Assembly: GCF_000372725.1 (NCBI RefSeq)
Contig: NW_005202428.1
Span: forward strand, 648,679 to 705,832
Direction of reading: 5' to 3'
Length of the DNA stretch: 57,154 nt
From: Emiliania huxleyi CCMP1516
Lineage: Eukaryota
Below the pieces are notes generated by a model, which ran no database searches, was not told where the DNA came from, and saw only the letters and a list, made by a program, of their open reading frames with translations. The position numbers were made by a program, and so were the translations under genes. Positions 33,248 through 43,916 of this stretch are shown piece after piece. The stretch's first letter is position 1; each line of letters starts with the position of its first letter.

Positions 33248-33959
33248 GTGCCCCTCTCCACCCTCCCAACACCTGGCCGGCGCGCGGCTACTCCCTCCGT
33301 CACGTTTAGCATGGCGTGCGTCCATGAGATGTAGCTGGGCCACGGCGCGGGCGGCGCGGGGCTCCCTCGGTGCTGTCTCTACGCGCGTGTCAGCCTGTCA
33401 CTCCCGGCGACGCGATCGCACTCAAAAGTGTGAGACAGACACACTCACACACTCACACACTCACCCCCTCCCCACCCCCACCGCAACGACATACGTGTAC
33501 TCATACACCGTCACCGTTTCAGTTCTAGAATTTGATATATACCCTGAGCCACTCCCGCGAGCGCAAGTCCGCCTGCCTCACGCATGGTGATTTGGTGTCC
33601 CTCGGGTCCCTGCTCTGCTCCTAATCTCTTCCGTCTTCGTACATCCTCGGAGCCCCGCGGCTTTTTCTTTTTTGCACGAAGGTGTACCTGTGTTAGTGCC
33701 AGTGCGCGCGCGCCAGTCCCGTGCCCCCAGTGTTGTTGTGCGCGAGGCCTAAAATTCTTTTTTGTCCTGTATTGTGACACGTGTGTCTCAGCTCGCTCAC
33801 CCGTCTAACACGACGCCCCCCCCCCACCCCCACCCCCCCTCTTCCCCCCCTTGCGCGACGCGTTCGGCAAAGCTCGATCAATCTGCCGGAACGGAAATCC
33901 GGTCTTCTGTGTCTCTGTGTCCCTTCTTGTGTTACCCACGCCGATGTCGGTCGCGCTGG

Positions 33960-34225
33960 ACGGCAGCGTGTCCCCAGCCTCGCCGACGCTCTCCAAACCG
34001 TCGCTGTCTTCGCCGCCGCTGGTTGGGGCCGCGCCGCCGGGACGCCGGCGCTGGGCGTCAACTGCCTCTAGCCGGAACTCCTGGTTGAGCCGGAACGCCT
34101 GGTCGGGGTAGCCGTCGTACGCGACCGCGTGCACGAGCCGGCTGTCCGAACCCTCCTCCCGCCCCGTGATGGTGCCCGGCCACCACCGCTGCTCGCCCCG
34201 GATCTCGACGTGCGTGCCTGTCTCG
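33960..34225 (-). CDS. Tudor/Agenet-like domain-encoding segment (fragment, gene extent unknown)
   Basis: VEIRGEQRWWPGTITGR...HAVAYDGYPD resembles a Tudor-like beta-barrel. No clean gene model. Confidence 0.35.
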
Positions 34226-35519
34226 CCATCCTCACCGCCGCGTCCACGCGCAGCCGCTTCCGCGGCGCCGTCTAGACTCCGAGGCCTGCGGCAGCAGGTA
34301 GTTCGGGCCGTACTCCGCCACGCCCGCGAGGCGGACCTCGGCCCCGCGCTCACCGTCCGCTCGACCGCCGCCTCGACCGGCGGAGCCGGAGGGGGGGGGG
34401 GGCTCGACCCCCGTCGTTCGACCCGTCGTTCTGTGACCTCCCGTCGCCAGCGAGCGGGGTCCCTGATCCCCCTGACCCCCCCCCCCCCCGTTGGGAGCTT
34501 GATCGCCACAACCGCCGGCGGAGAATACGGATTCTGCAAAGCGCGCAGATTATGTTTCAGACGCGCCGAGAACCGTCACAGGAACCTATGCTACCACATC
34601 CTGAGGTGGGGTTGCAATCTGCTCCTGCGCGCCTAAGGAATTCTCCGGAAATTGTTACTCTAACTGTTCCTTGGGAGCCGAAAACGCGCTCCGGCGTCAA
34701 AATAGGTGAAAGAGGCCTTGCCCCCCTGGCCTGTNNNNNNNNNNNNNNNNNNNNNNNNNNNNNNNNNNNNNNNNNNNNNNNNNNNNNNNNNNNNNNNNNN
34801 NNNNNNNNNNNNNNNNNNNNNNNNNNNNNNNNNNNNNNNNNNNNNNNNNNNNNNNNNNNNNNNNNNNNNNNNNNNNNNNNNNNNNNNNNNNNNNNNNNNN
34901 NNNNNNNNNNNNNNNNNNNNNNNNNNNNNNNNNNNNNNNNNNNNNNNNNNNNNNNNNNNNNNNNNNNNNNNNNNNNNNNNNNNNNNNNNNNNNNNNNNNN
35001 NNNNNNNNNNNNNNNNNNNNNNNNNNNNNNNNNNNNNNNNNNNNNNNNNNNNNNNNNNNNNNNNNNNNNNNNNNNNNNNNNNNNNNNNNNNNNNNNNNNN
35101 NNNNNNNNNNNNNNNNNNNNNNNNNNNNNNNNNNNNNNNNNNNNNNNNNNNNNNNNNNNNNNNNNNAAGGGGGGTTTCCGGGCAGGATTAGGCTTTCCAA
35201 GCACCGCCCGGGGGATTCCGGCGGCCCCCGGCCCACGACGGGCAAACTCCTTGTTGCCGGGCGGCGCTTCCTAGTCGTGATTTTAGGGCCGGGAGGTCCG
35301 CCTTTCGGCCCTTTTTCGGGCGTGCGGCCCCACGCCGGCGAAAAGGCGGCCCCCTCGGCCCCCGGGCGGAGGTGAACCCCCCCAGAACGGAAGCTGGCGG
35401 GCCGGGGGCGTCGGGCGGGTTCGCGGCGGCCCCCGTCCCACCGGGACGGGCCGTGGTGGCCCGTGTGGCGGCCGTGAAGGGCCGTTTGGTGCGCCCCGGC
35501 GGCCTCCTGCACGGCGGCC

Positions 35520-36050
35520 GCCGGGGCCGGTTTGGACTGTGCTTGGGGGGGTGGAGGGGTCCGGTGGCCGGTGTGATGGTCGTTTATCACCCTCCTATCA
35601 CCCACTTACCGCCCCCGGCCGTGGGGGCCTCTCCAGACGCCGCCATTCATGATTTCAAAGGGTCCTGCCGACGCTCATCACAGTGCGGCGGAGGGGCCGG
35701 AGCCGGCGCCGCGGAGGACGAGGATGGCCGTGGCGCGGACCGGGACGAGCTCTGGGAGGTTCAGTGTCAGTGAGTATATTGTAGAGGTCACCCATGCGCA
35801 CAATATCTTGACTGAGAGCTAAGCCAGGGGAGGCGATGCCGGGGCCGTACAGCAGCTTGATGATGCTGCGCCGGCGTGCGTCCCGCCGGCCGCCGGGGCC
35901 GGTTTGGACTGTGTTTGGGGGGGGGGAGGGGTCCGGTGGCCGGTGTGATGGTCGTTTATGGCCCTCCTATCACCCACTTACCACCCCCGGCCGTGGGGAC
36001 CTCACCGGACGCCGCCATTCAGGATTTCAAAGGGTCCTGCCGTCGCTCAG
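35520..36050. repeat. Local ~150-bp direct repeat (35520-35670 and 35892-36050)
   Basis: GGGGCCGGTTTGGACTGTG...CCTATCACCCACTTACC...GATTTCAAAGGGTCCTGCCG occurs twice. Confidence 0.8.
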
Positions 36051-36732
36051 TCCGAATCACAGTGGGGCGGAGCCTACCCTGTCGCACCTCGGCTCCTCTG
36101 GAGGGGAAGGCGAAGCCGAAGGGCGGGAAGCGTCTTCTTCTAGGAGCGTGCTGCCGTCGCTCCGTCTGGCCCCCTTTTTCTCAGTTTTCTAGAATTTGAT
36201 ATATGTTTGTGTGAGATTTAGTTTCATCGTCGCGGCCGAAGCGGCAGATCGTCACACTCTCGCACCTCCTCTGGAGGGGAAGGGGGAAGGGTCTGGTGCT
36301 GCGAGGAGCGTGCTGCTCTCGGAGGGGGAGCGGCCCCGCTCGGCCTCTTCGTCGTGCTGGAGCAGCACCGCGTTGTGCGCGCCAAAGTAGAGGTAGAATG
36401 CGATGCAGACCACAGCGGCCCCTAAAAAAGAANNNNNNNNNNNNNNNNNNNNNNNNNNNNNNNNNNNNNNNNNNNNNNNNNNNNNNNNNNNNNNNNNNNN
36501 NNNNNNNNNNNNNNNNNNNNNNNNNNNNNNNNNNNNNNNNNNNNNNNNNNNNNNNNNNNNNNNNNNNNNNNNNNNNNNNNNNNNNNNNNNNNNNNNNNNN
36601 NNNNNNNNNNNNNNNNNNNNNNNNNNNNNNNNNNNNNNNNNNNNNNNNNNNNNNNNNNNNNNNNNNNNNNNNNNNNNNNNNNNNNNNNNNNNNNNNNNNN
36701 NNNNNNNNNNNNNNNNNNNNNNNNNNNNNNNN

Positions 36733-39131
36733 TCCTTCTCCGCCTCCTCCTCCGCCAGCAGCGCCTCGGCATGCCGCGCCGCCTCCGCCTCTGCCGCCGC
36801 ACTCTCCACCGCCCTCGCCGCTGCCTCCGCCGCCTCCTTCGCCGCTGACTGCGCCGCCGCGTGCTCCTCGAGGGCGCGCACGCACTCGCTGTGGCCCCTC
36901 TCTTCGGCCAGCTGCAGCGCCGTCCTGCCGCTCGCATTGAACGCCGTCGTATCGGCGCCCGCCCGCAGCAGGTGGCGCACAATGGCGGGGTGGCCTTCGC
37001 CGGCGGCAAACGTCAGCGCGGTGTTGCCAGTGCTGTTCTGCGGGCCGACCTCCGCGCCGCGCTGCAGCAGCAAGTCAACCACCCGCTCGTGGCCGTTGTA
37101 GGCGGCGAGCATCAGTGCGGTGTCGCCGTCGCTATCCTGCAAGTTAGCACCCGCGCCGCGCTGAAGCAGCAGCTCGACCACCCGCTCGTGACCATGGCCA
37201 GCGGCGTCCGTCAGCGCGGTGCTGCCGTAGCTGTTCTGAAGGTTGATCTCCGCGCCGCGCGGAAGCAGCAGCTCGACCACCCGCTCGTGGCCGTTGGCGG
37301 CGGCGTGCATCAGCGCGGTGTCGCCATTGCTGTCCTGCGGGTTGACCTCCGCGCCGCGCTGATGCAGCAAATCGACCACCCGCTCGTGGCCTTTGCCGGC
37401 GGCGATCATCAGCGCGGTGCTGCCATTGCTGTCCTGCAGGTCGATCTCCGCGCCTCGCTGCAGCAGTATGTCGACCACCCGCTCGTGGCCGTTGTTGGCG
37501 GCGAGCATCAGCGCGGTGACGCCGCTCACATCGCCCGCCCGGCAAGTCGCATTGACCCGCCCGTCGCTGTCGAGCCACGCCAGCACCGCCGCCTCTTCGC
37601 CTTGGAGAGCCGCGTCCATCGCCTCTTTGGGAAGGCTGCCCAGTGAGCCGGAAGAGGCTGTGGCCCCCGTTCCCGCCGCCGCTTCGCCCGAGATAGCGCC
37701 GTCCGCGCCGCCCGCCGCCGCCTCGCGCCGGCTCGCAGTCACCTCCGCGATGTGCTGCCGGAAGGCCTCGACGCACTCGCTGTGGCCCTGCTCCCTGGCG
37801 TACTGCAGTGCGGATTTGCCGTCCTCAGTGCGCAACTTTGTATCCGCGCCCGCCCGCAGCAGGCGGAGCACGATGGCGTGGTGGCCTTTGACGGCGGCAA
37901 CCATCAGTGCGGTGCCGCCGTAGCTGTTCTGCTTGTTGATCTCCGCGCCGCGCTGAAGCAACAGCTCGACCACCCGCTCGTGGCCTTGGTCGGCGGCGAG
38001 CATCAGCGCGGTGCCGCCGTCGCTCTTCTGCAGGTTGACCTGCGCGCCGTGCTGCAGCAACAAGTCGACCACTCGCTCGTGGCCGCTGCCGGCGGCGATC
38101 ATCAGCGCGGTGATGCCGCTCACATCGCCTACCACGCACGTCGCATTGACCCGCCCGCCGCTGTCGAGCCACGTCAGCATTTCCGCCTCTTCACCTTGGA
38201 GAGCTGCATCCATGGCCTCGTTGGGAAGGCTGCCAAGCGAGCTGGAAGAGGCCGCAACCCCCGCTCCCGCCGCCGCCACGACCGAGGAAGCGCCGCCCTC
38301 GCCGTCCGCCGCAGCCTCACGGTGGCTCGCAGTCACCTCCGCGATGTGCTGCCGGAAGGCCTCGACGCACTCGGCGTGGCCCTCCTCCTTGGCCATCTGC
38401 AGCGCGGACTTGCCATGCTCAGAGCGCAGATTTGTATCCACGCCCGCCCGCAGCAGGAGGCGCACGGTGGCGTGGTGGCCTTGGCCGGCGGCGTACATCA
38501 GCGCGGTGCCGCCGTAGCTGTTCTGCAGGTTGACCTCAGCGCTGCGCTGAAGCAGCAGCTCGATCACCCGCTCGTGGCCCTCCTGGGCAGCGAGCATCAG
38601 CGCGGTCCAGCCGTAGCTGTTCTGCAGGTTGGCATCCGCGCCGCGCTGAAGCAGCAAGTCGACCACTCGCTCGTAGCCGTTGGAGGCGGCGATAACCAGT
38701 GCGGTGACGCCTTTGCTGTCCTGCTGGTCGATCTCCGCGCCGCGCCGAAGCAGCAGCTCGACCACCCGCTCGTGGCCGGTGAAGGCGGCGCCCATCAGCG
38801 CGGTGACGCCGGTGCCGTCGTGCTGGCTGACTTCAGCGCCGCACTGAAGCAGCGACTCGACCACTCGCTCGTGGCCTGCGAGGGCGGCGCGCATCAGCGC
38901 GGTGGCGCCGTCGCTGTTCTGTGTGTTGATCTCCGCGCCGCCCCGCAGCAGCAACTCGACCACCCGCTCGTGGGCGTTGCCGGCGGCGATGTGCAGCAGC
39001 GTGTCACCAGCTGCGTTGGCCGCGTTCACGTCGGCCACGTCGCTGCTGAGCCACGCCCGCAGCACTCCTACTTTGCCGGTCGCCGCCGCCTTCACGACGT
39101 TGGCCGGCGCCTTCACGTTGTGCATGTGCAT
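36733..39131 (-). CDS. Ankyrin-repeat protein with three capped ANK modules plus coiled-coil tail (3' end lost in gap)
   Basis: About 18 GxTALMxAAxxGHERVVxLLL repeats in blocks of 7, 4 and 7, separated by Ala/Gly/Ser linkers. Intronless. Confidence 0.92.
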
Positions 39132-39287
39132 GTCATGTGAGTTAGATCAAGCCCGTTTCTTTTTTCGCGAGGTGGAGCAGGCAACATGAGAAAAACTGGT
39201 TTCTTATTTCTCTGGCCCAGCCTAGGCCGCAGCGCCGCCTGGCGCGACCGGGCAGCGTGCGCCTCTCCCTGTCGCGCCTCTCCGCTA

Positions 39288-39433
39288 CTGGAGGCCAACC
39301 GCGAGTCCGCGATTGACGCGCTCACCAAGGCCCGCGAGAAGAGGACGCGGGCGACCACGCGAGCGCCGTCCGCCTCGCGGAGAAGAGCCTGCGGATCTGC
39401 AAGACGGAAGAGGCGCAGGCGTTCCTCGACTTT
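39288..39433 (+). pseudogene. Frameshifted fragment resembling the N-terminus of DNAJB12/B14-type J-proteins
   Basis: (L)EANRESAIDALTKAREK / DAGDHASAVRLAEKSLRICKTEEAQAFL across a frameshift. No J-domain follows. Confidence 0.4.
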
Positions 39434-39569
39434 GGTGAGGCGGAGCAGACGCGCAGGGCGAGACGAGGGAGGGAGCAGGACGTTGCGGAAATCAGCAGGA
39501 GGATGTACGAAAAGACCAGCCGCAGGACCCGGCGCACCCCCCCCCCCCCAAGAGCCGGAACCCAAGAGA

Positions 39570-41348
39570 ATGGTTTGTGCTGGTTCGAGCTGTCCCCACA
39601 CGGCCGTGCTAGCGGCTGAGCGAGGCGAGGAGGAGGCGGTGCTGGCGTGGCTTGACGGCGGCGGGCGGGCCGACGCGACGTACGAGCAAGGCGGCGTTAG
39701 CGGCCTCACGTTGCTGATGACCGCCGCCCGCAGTGGCCAGGAGCGGCTGGTCGAGCTGCTGCTGCGGCACGGCGCGGAGATCGACCTGCAGACCAGCGAC
39801 GGCGAAACCGCGCTGATGGCCGCCGCCAACAACGGCCACGAGCGGGTGGTCGATTTGCTGATACGGCGCGGCGCGAAGGTCAACGTGCAGGACAGCGAGG
39901 GCCTCACCGCGCTGATGTGCGCCGCCAGCAACGGCTGCGAGCAGGTGGTCGAGCTGCTGTCTCGGCACGGCGCTGAGGTTGACTTGCAGAGCAGCAACGG
40001 CCACACCGCGCTGATGTTCGCCGCCGACTACGGCCACGAGCGGGTGAGCGAGTTGCTGCTACGGCACGGCGCTGAGGTCAACCTGCAGAGGAGCGACGGC
40101 AGCACCGCGCTGATGCGCGCCGCCTACAACGGCCACGAGCGGGTGGTCGACTTGCTGATACGGTACGGCGCTGAGGTCAACCCGCAGGACAGCGACGGCG
40201 ACACCCCGCTGATGCTCGCCGCCTACATCGGCTGCCCCGCCTCCGTGCTCCGCCTGCTTCGGGCTGGCGCAGATGCAAAGGCTCGCTCTGCAGACGGCAT
40301 GTCCGCGCTGCAGATCGCCAAGGAGGAGGCGGCCAAGGTGCTAGCTACTGCCGACGCCGCCAGTGCTCCTGAAACGGACCACGCCGGGTGCGTGCGCGCT
40401 CTCACAGAGCACGCAGCGGCGCTGAGGGAGGCGGAGGCGGCCGAGAAGGCGGCCGAGAAGGCGCTCGAGGCCAAGGGGCGGCGCGAGCAGCGCGAGCGGG
40501 AGGCGGCGGCGGCGGCGCGAGAGCGCGAGCAGGCGGCACGCAGGCGCGAGGCAGAGCGAGTGGCGGACGAGGCGCGCCGGGCGGCGGACGCGGCGGCGCT
40601 GGAGGAGCAGAGGCGAGCCATTGCGGCGGAGGCGGAGGCGAAGCTAGCCGCTGAGCGCGCGGCAGCAGAGGAGGTGCTGCGGGCGAGGGAGGCGGAGAGG
40701 CGAGCAGCAGAGGAGGCGCAGCGAGAGGAGCAGCGGGCGGCCGCGGCGGCGCGCAAAGCCGCTCAGGCAGAGGCGGCGCGGCGCGAGAAGGAGGCTGCGG
40801 ACAGGAGGGCGGAGGAGGAGAAGGCGAGGCGGCGCGCAAAGGCGGCGGAGGCAACGGCGGCCAAGAAGGAGGCCAAGGCGAAGAAGAAGGAGGCCAAGAA
40901 GGCGCCGTCTGCCTTAACGCTCGAGGAGGAGCGGAGGGCGAAGGCTGCGGCAGAGGTTCGCGCACAGGAGGAGAGGGCGGCGCAGCTGGCTGCTGAGCAG
41001 GAGTCGGCGAGGCGGGCGGAGCGGGAGGCGGCAGAGCTAGCGGGTGCGGCGGAGCGGGCGGCGCTGCGCGAGGATGCGGAGCTGGCAGAGGCGCTGCGCC
41101 GGTCAGAGGTGGATGCGGAGGAGGCGCTGGCGCGTCGGGTGTCGCGGTGCGAGGAGGCGGTGAGCAGCGAGTCGACCGGCGGCGGCGGGGACTTGCCGCG
41201 GCGTGTCGAGCGGCTGGAGGCGAGCCTCGGCGCGGCGACCGAGGGCAGCCTCGAGGAGCGGGTCAGCGCTATCGAGCGCTTGATCGGGTCAGAGGCAGCA
41301 GAGAGGCAGGGCACAGGTGGCAGCGGAGCGCCTTGTACCAGTCACTAA
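39570..41348 (+). CDS. Ankyrin-repeat protein with long E/A/R/K coiled-coil C-terminus
   Basis: One module of 7 ANK repeats with the same consensus as its neighbours. Start is uncertain (the ORF is open from 39186). Confidence 0.9.
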   Translation: MVCAGSSCPHTAVLAAERGEEEAVLAWLDGGGRADATYEQGGVSGLTLLMTAARSGQERLVELLLRHGAEIDLQTSDGETALMAAANNGHERVVDLLIRRGAKVNVQDSEGLTALMCAASNGCEQVVELLSRHGAEVDLQSSNGHTALMFAADYGHERVSELLLRHGAEVNLQRSDGSTALMRAAYNGHERVVDLLIRYGAEVNPQDSDGDTPLMLAAYIGCPASVLRLLRAGADAKARSADGMSALQIAKEEAAKVLATADAASAPETDHAGCVRALTEHAAALREAEAAEKAAEKALEAKGRREQREREAAAAAREREQAARRREAERVADEARRAADAAALEEQRRAIAAEAEAKLAAERAAAEEVLRAREAERRAAEEAQREEQRAAAAARKAAQAEAARREKEAADRRAEEEKARRRAKAAEATAAKKEAKAKKKEAKKAPSALTLEEERRAKAAAEVRAQEERAAQLAAEQESARRAEREAAELAGAAERAALREDAELAEALRRSEVDAEEALARRVSRCEEAVSSESTGGGGDLPRRVERLEASLGAATEGSLEERVSAIERLIGSEAAERQGTGGSGAPCTSH

Positions 41349-41782
41349 GGCGTTTGCAACCGTCTCTCTGCAGGACGCAGCTCAGCCCCCTGAGCCGGCG
41401 TCAGAGAGCGAGGTCCCGCCTGAACCGGTGTGCACCCTAGCGATGTGCAGTGAGGCGGACAGGCGAAGGTTCCAAGTAGTCGGAAGGCCGCGACCGTCAA
41501 GTGTTCCCCGGCGAAGATACAATCGCTGTGAACTCAACCACGTACACCCCGTTTAAAGCCGCGTAAAGCCGTACATCTGGCATGACGACCTATCTCACTT
41601 CTCAGTTCTCACGGGTGGTGCGGAGCTCGCGGAGCCCCCAGCAAGACAACTTGTGCAAGACCACGGGACATTGGGCTCCACCCTCCCAAAAAAGTCCTCC
41701 CGCCTTCCTCCCACAATGCTGCCACGATCCGTGCGCCGGCGCCAACAGCAGTACTGTACTTGGATGCTGTCCTTGCGCGCGG

Positions 41783-43744
41783 CTAGTCGGCATCCGCCTT
41801 GGCCCTCGCGGCGGCCGCTGACGCGCGCCTCGCCTTGACGGCAGCCAGTGCCGCCTCCGCCGCCTCTGCCGCCTCTGCCGCCGCAGCCGCAGCCGCCGCA
41901 GCCGCCGCCGCCGCGGCGGCGGCCGCCTCCTCCTCTGCCGCTGCCAGAGCGTCCGCCTCGGCTTCCGCCTCCCGGCGCGCCTCCGCTGCCACCAAAGCTG
42001 CCTCCTCACCCGCCTCTGCCGTCTCCTCCTCGCTCGCTTCCCCTGCCGCCTCGGCCTCCTCTCCCAACGCCTCCGCCAGCCCCTCGACCGACGTCTCCGC
42101 CGTGATGCCGTACCGAATCCGCTCCTCGTGGAGCGTCTCGAGAAGCCTGATCAATCCCTCCCTGTCCAACGGCGCGGGCTTGGCTGCGTCTGCCTCTGAC
42201 GGCGCCTCGGACTCCTGCGACGGCCCAGCGCCGCCGCTCCCGCCGCCTTTCTTCTTCTTCTTGCCCTTCTTGCCCTTGCCGCGCTTCTCCGCCTCGACCT
42301 CCGCCAGCAGCTCCTCGGCGTGCCGCGCCGCCTTCTTCTCCGCCGCCGCCCTCTCCGCCTCCCTCTCCGCCGCCCCCGCAGCCCACGCCGCCTCCTTCGC
42401 CGCCTTCTCTGCCGCCCTCTGGGCCGCCGCATGCTCCCCGAAGGCGCGCACGCACTCGGCGTTGCCCTGTTTCTTGGCAATCTGCAGCGCTGTGCAGCCA
42501 GCCGCCGTGCGCGGCTTCGTGTCGGCGCCCGCCCGCAGCAGGCAGAGCAGGGCTGCGGGGTGGTTCTGGTGGGCGGCGAACATCAGCACGGTGTTGCCGT
42601 CATTGTCCTGCTGGTTGATCTCCGCGCCATGCTGCAGCAGCAGCTCGGACACCCGCTCGTGGCCTTTGAAAGCGGCGAACATCAGCGCGGTGCTACCGAT
42701 GTTGCTCTGCAGGTCGATTGAAGCGCCACGCTGCAGCAACGCCATGGCCAGCCGCTCGTGGCCGTAGAGGGCAGCGTACATCAGCAGCGTAATGCCACTC
42801 GCACCCTCATCAGCGAAACTCGCGTCCACCCGCCCGCCGCCGTCAAGCCACGCCAGCACCGTCGCCTCGTCGCCTTGCATAGCCGCCGCCACGACCTCCT
42901 CGGGGACGGCGTCCTCGCCCGTTCCGCTCTCCGCCGCCGCCCCCTTGCCCGAGGCGGCACCGCCGTCCGCCCCTGCGCCGCCCGCCTCGCCGATCTCCTC
43001 GGGAGCAGGCCCGCTGCTGCCGCCCGAAGCGCTGCCTGCCCCTGCGCCGCCCGCCTCGACCGCCGCCGCGTCGCGCCTCCCCGCCGCCACCTCGCCGAGA
43101 AACGTCTTGACGGCGGCGATGCACTCGGTGTGGCCCTTCTCTTTGGCGATCTGCAGCGCCGTGTCGCCGTCCGCAGTGCGCAGCGCCATGTCTGCGCCCG
43201 CCCGCAGCAACTGGATCACGACGACAGAATGGCCGTGGTAGGCGGCGGCCGAGAGCGCACTGCAGCCGCTAACGTCTTGCAAGTCGACCTCTGCGCCGTG
43301 TCGCAGAAGCAAGTCGACCACGCGCTCGCGGCCTTGGTGGGCAGCGAACATCAGCGCGGTGCAGCCGCTGATGCTCTGCAGGTTGATCTCCGCGCCGTGC
43401 TGCAAAAGCTTCTCTACCACCTGCCCGTGGCCCGAGAGGGCGGCGGCCATCAGCGCCGCAAGGCCTTTGCTGTTTTGCGCGTTCACCTTCGCGCCCCGCT
43501 TCAGCAGAACTTCGACCAGTTGCTTGTGATCGTGATCGGCGGCGATCAGAAGAAGCGTCCAGCCACTCACACCGCCACGCACGCACCTCGCATCAACCCG
43601 CCCGTCCCCGGCGAGCCACGTCTGCACCACGCCCGCCTTGCCATCCTCCGCCGCTGCCTCGATCTTTTTCGGCAGCGCGAGCGGCGCAGCCTGTGCCGCC
43701 GTGGAAGCGAAGCGCCCTTTGCCAGCGCCGGTTCGGCCGGGCAT
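41783..43744 (-). CDS. Ankyrin-repeat protein with two ANK modules, Lys-rich and acidic coiled-coil tail
   Basis: Blocks of 5 and 4 ANK repeats. Shares the ARHAEELLAEVEAEK tail motif with the 36733-39131 gene. Confidence 0.92.
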   Translation of the reverse strand: MPGRTGAGKGRFASTAAQAAPLALPKKIEAAAEDGKAGVVQTWLAGDGRVDARCVRGGVSGWTLLLIAADHDHKQLVEVLLKRGAKVNAQNSKGLAALMAAALSGHGQVVEKLLQHGAEINLQSISGCTALMFAAHQGRERVVDLLLRHGAEVDLQDVSGCSALSAAAYHGHSVVVIQLLRAGADMALRTADGDTALQIAKEKGHTECIAAVKTFLGEVAAGRRDAAAVEAGGAGAGSASGGSSGPAPEEIGEAGGAGADGGAASGKGAAAESGTGEDAVPEEVVAAAMQGDEATVLAWLDGGGRVDASFADEGASGITLLMYAALYGHERLAMALLQRGASIDLQSNIGSTALMFAAFKGHERVSELLLQHGAEINQQDNDGNTVLMFAAHQNHPAALLCLLRAGADTKPRTAAGCTALQIAKKQGNAECVRAFGEHAAAQRAAEKAAKEAAWAAGAAEREAERAAAEKKAARHAEELLAEVEAEKRGKGKKGKKKKKGGGSGGAGPSQESEAPSEADAAKPAPLDREGLIRLLETLHEERIRYGITAETSVEGLAEALGEEAEAAGEASEEETAEAGEEAALVAAEARREAEAEADALAAAEEEAAAAAAAAAAAAAAAAAEAAEAAEAALAAVKARRASAAAARAKADAD

Positions 43745-43916
43745 GAGGCGCGCGTGGGGGGAGTGAGGGAAGAGTGCGCCTCAGGAATGTGTGTTTCTTT
43801 CGGCGGCACTGGGGCGTATAAGAGAGTGAAGCTCGAGGTCGTTTGGCGAGACTGCGTTTGGCTAAACGAATGCCGGAGACCGCTCGCTAGACGCTTTAAT
43901 ACAGTTCAGCGTTCGT

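Noticed and set aside
36252..36432. Apparent TM-containing C-terminus of the 959-aa ankyrin ORF
   Set aside because: Joined only through a 299-N gap of estimated length, so frame continuity is unsupported.
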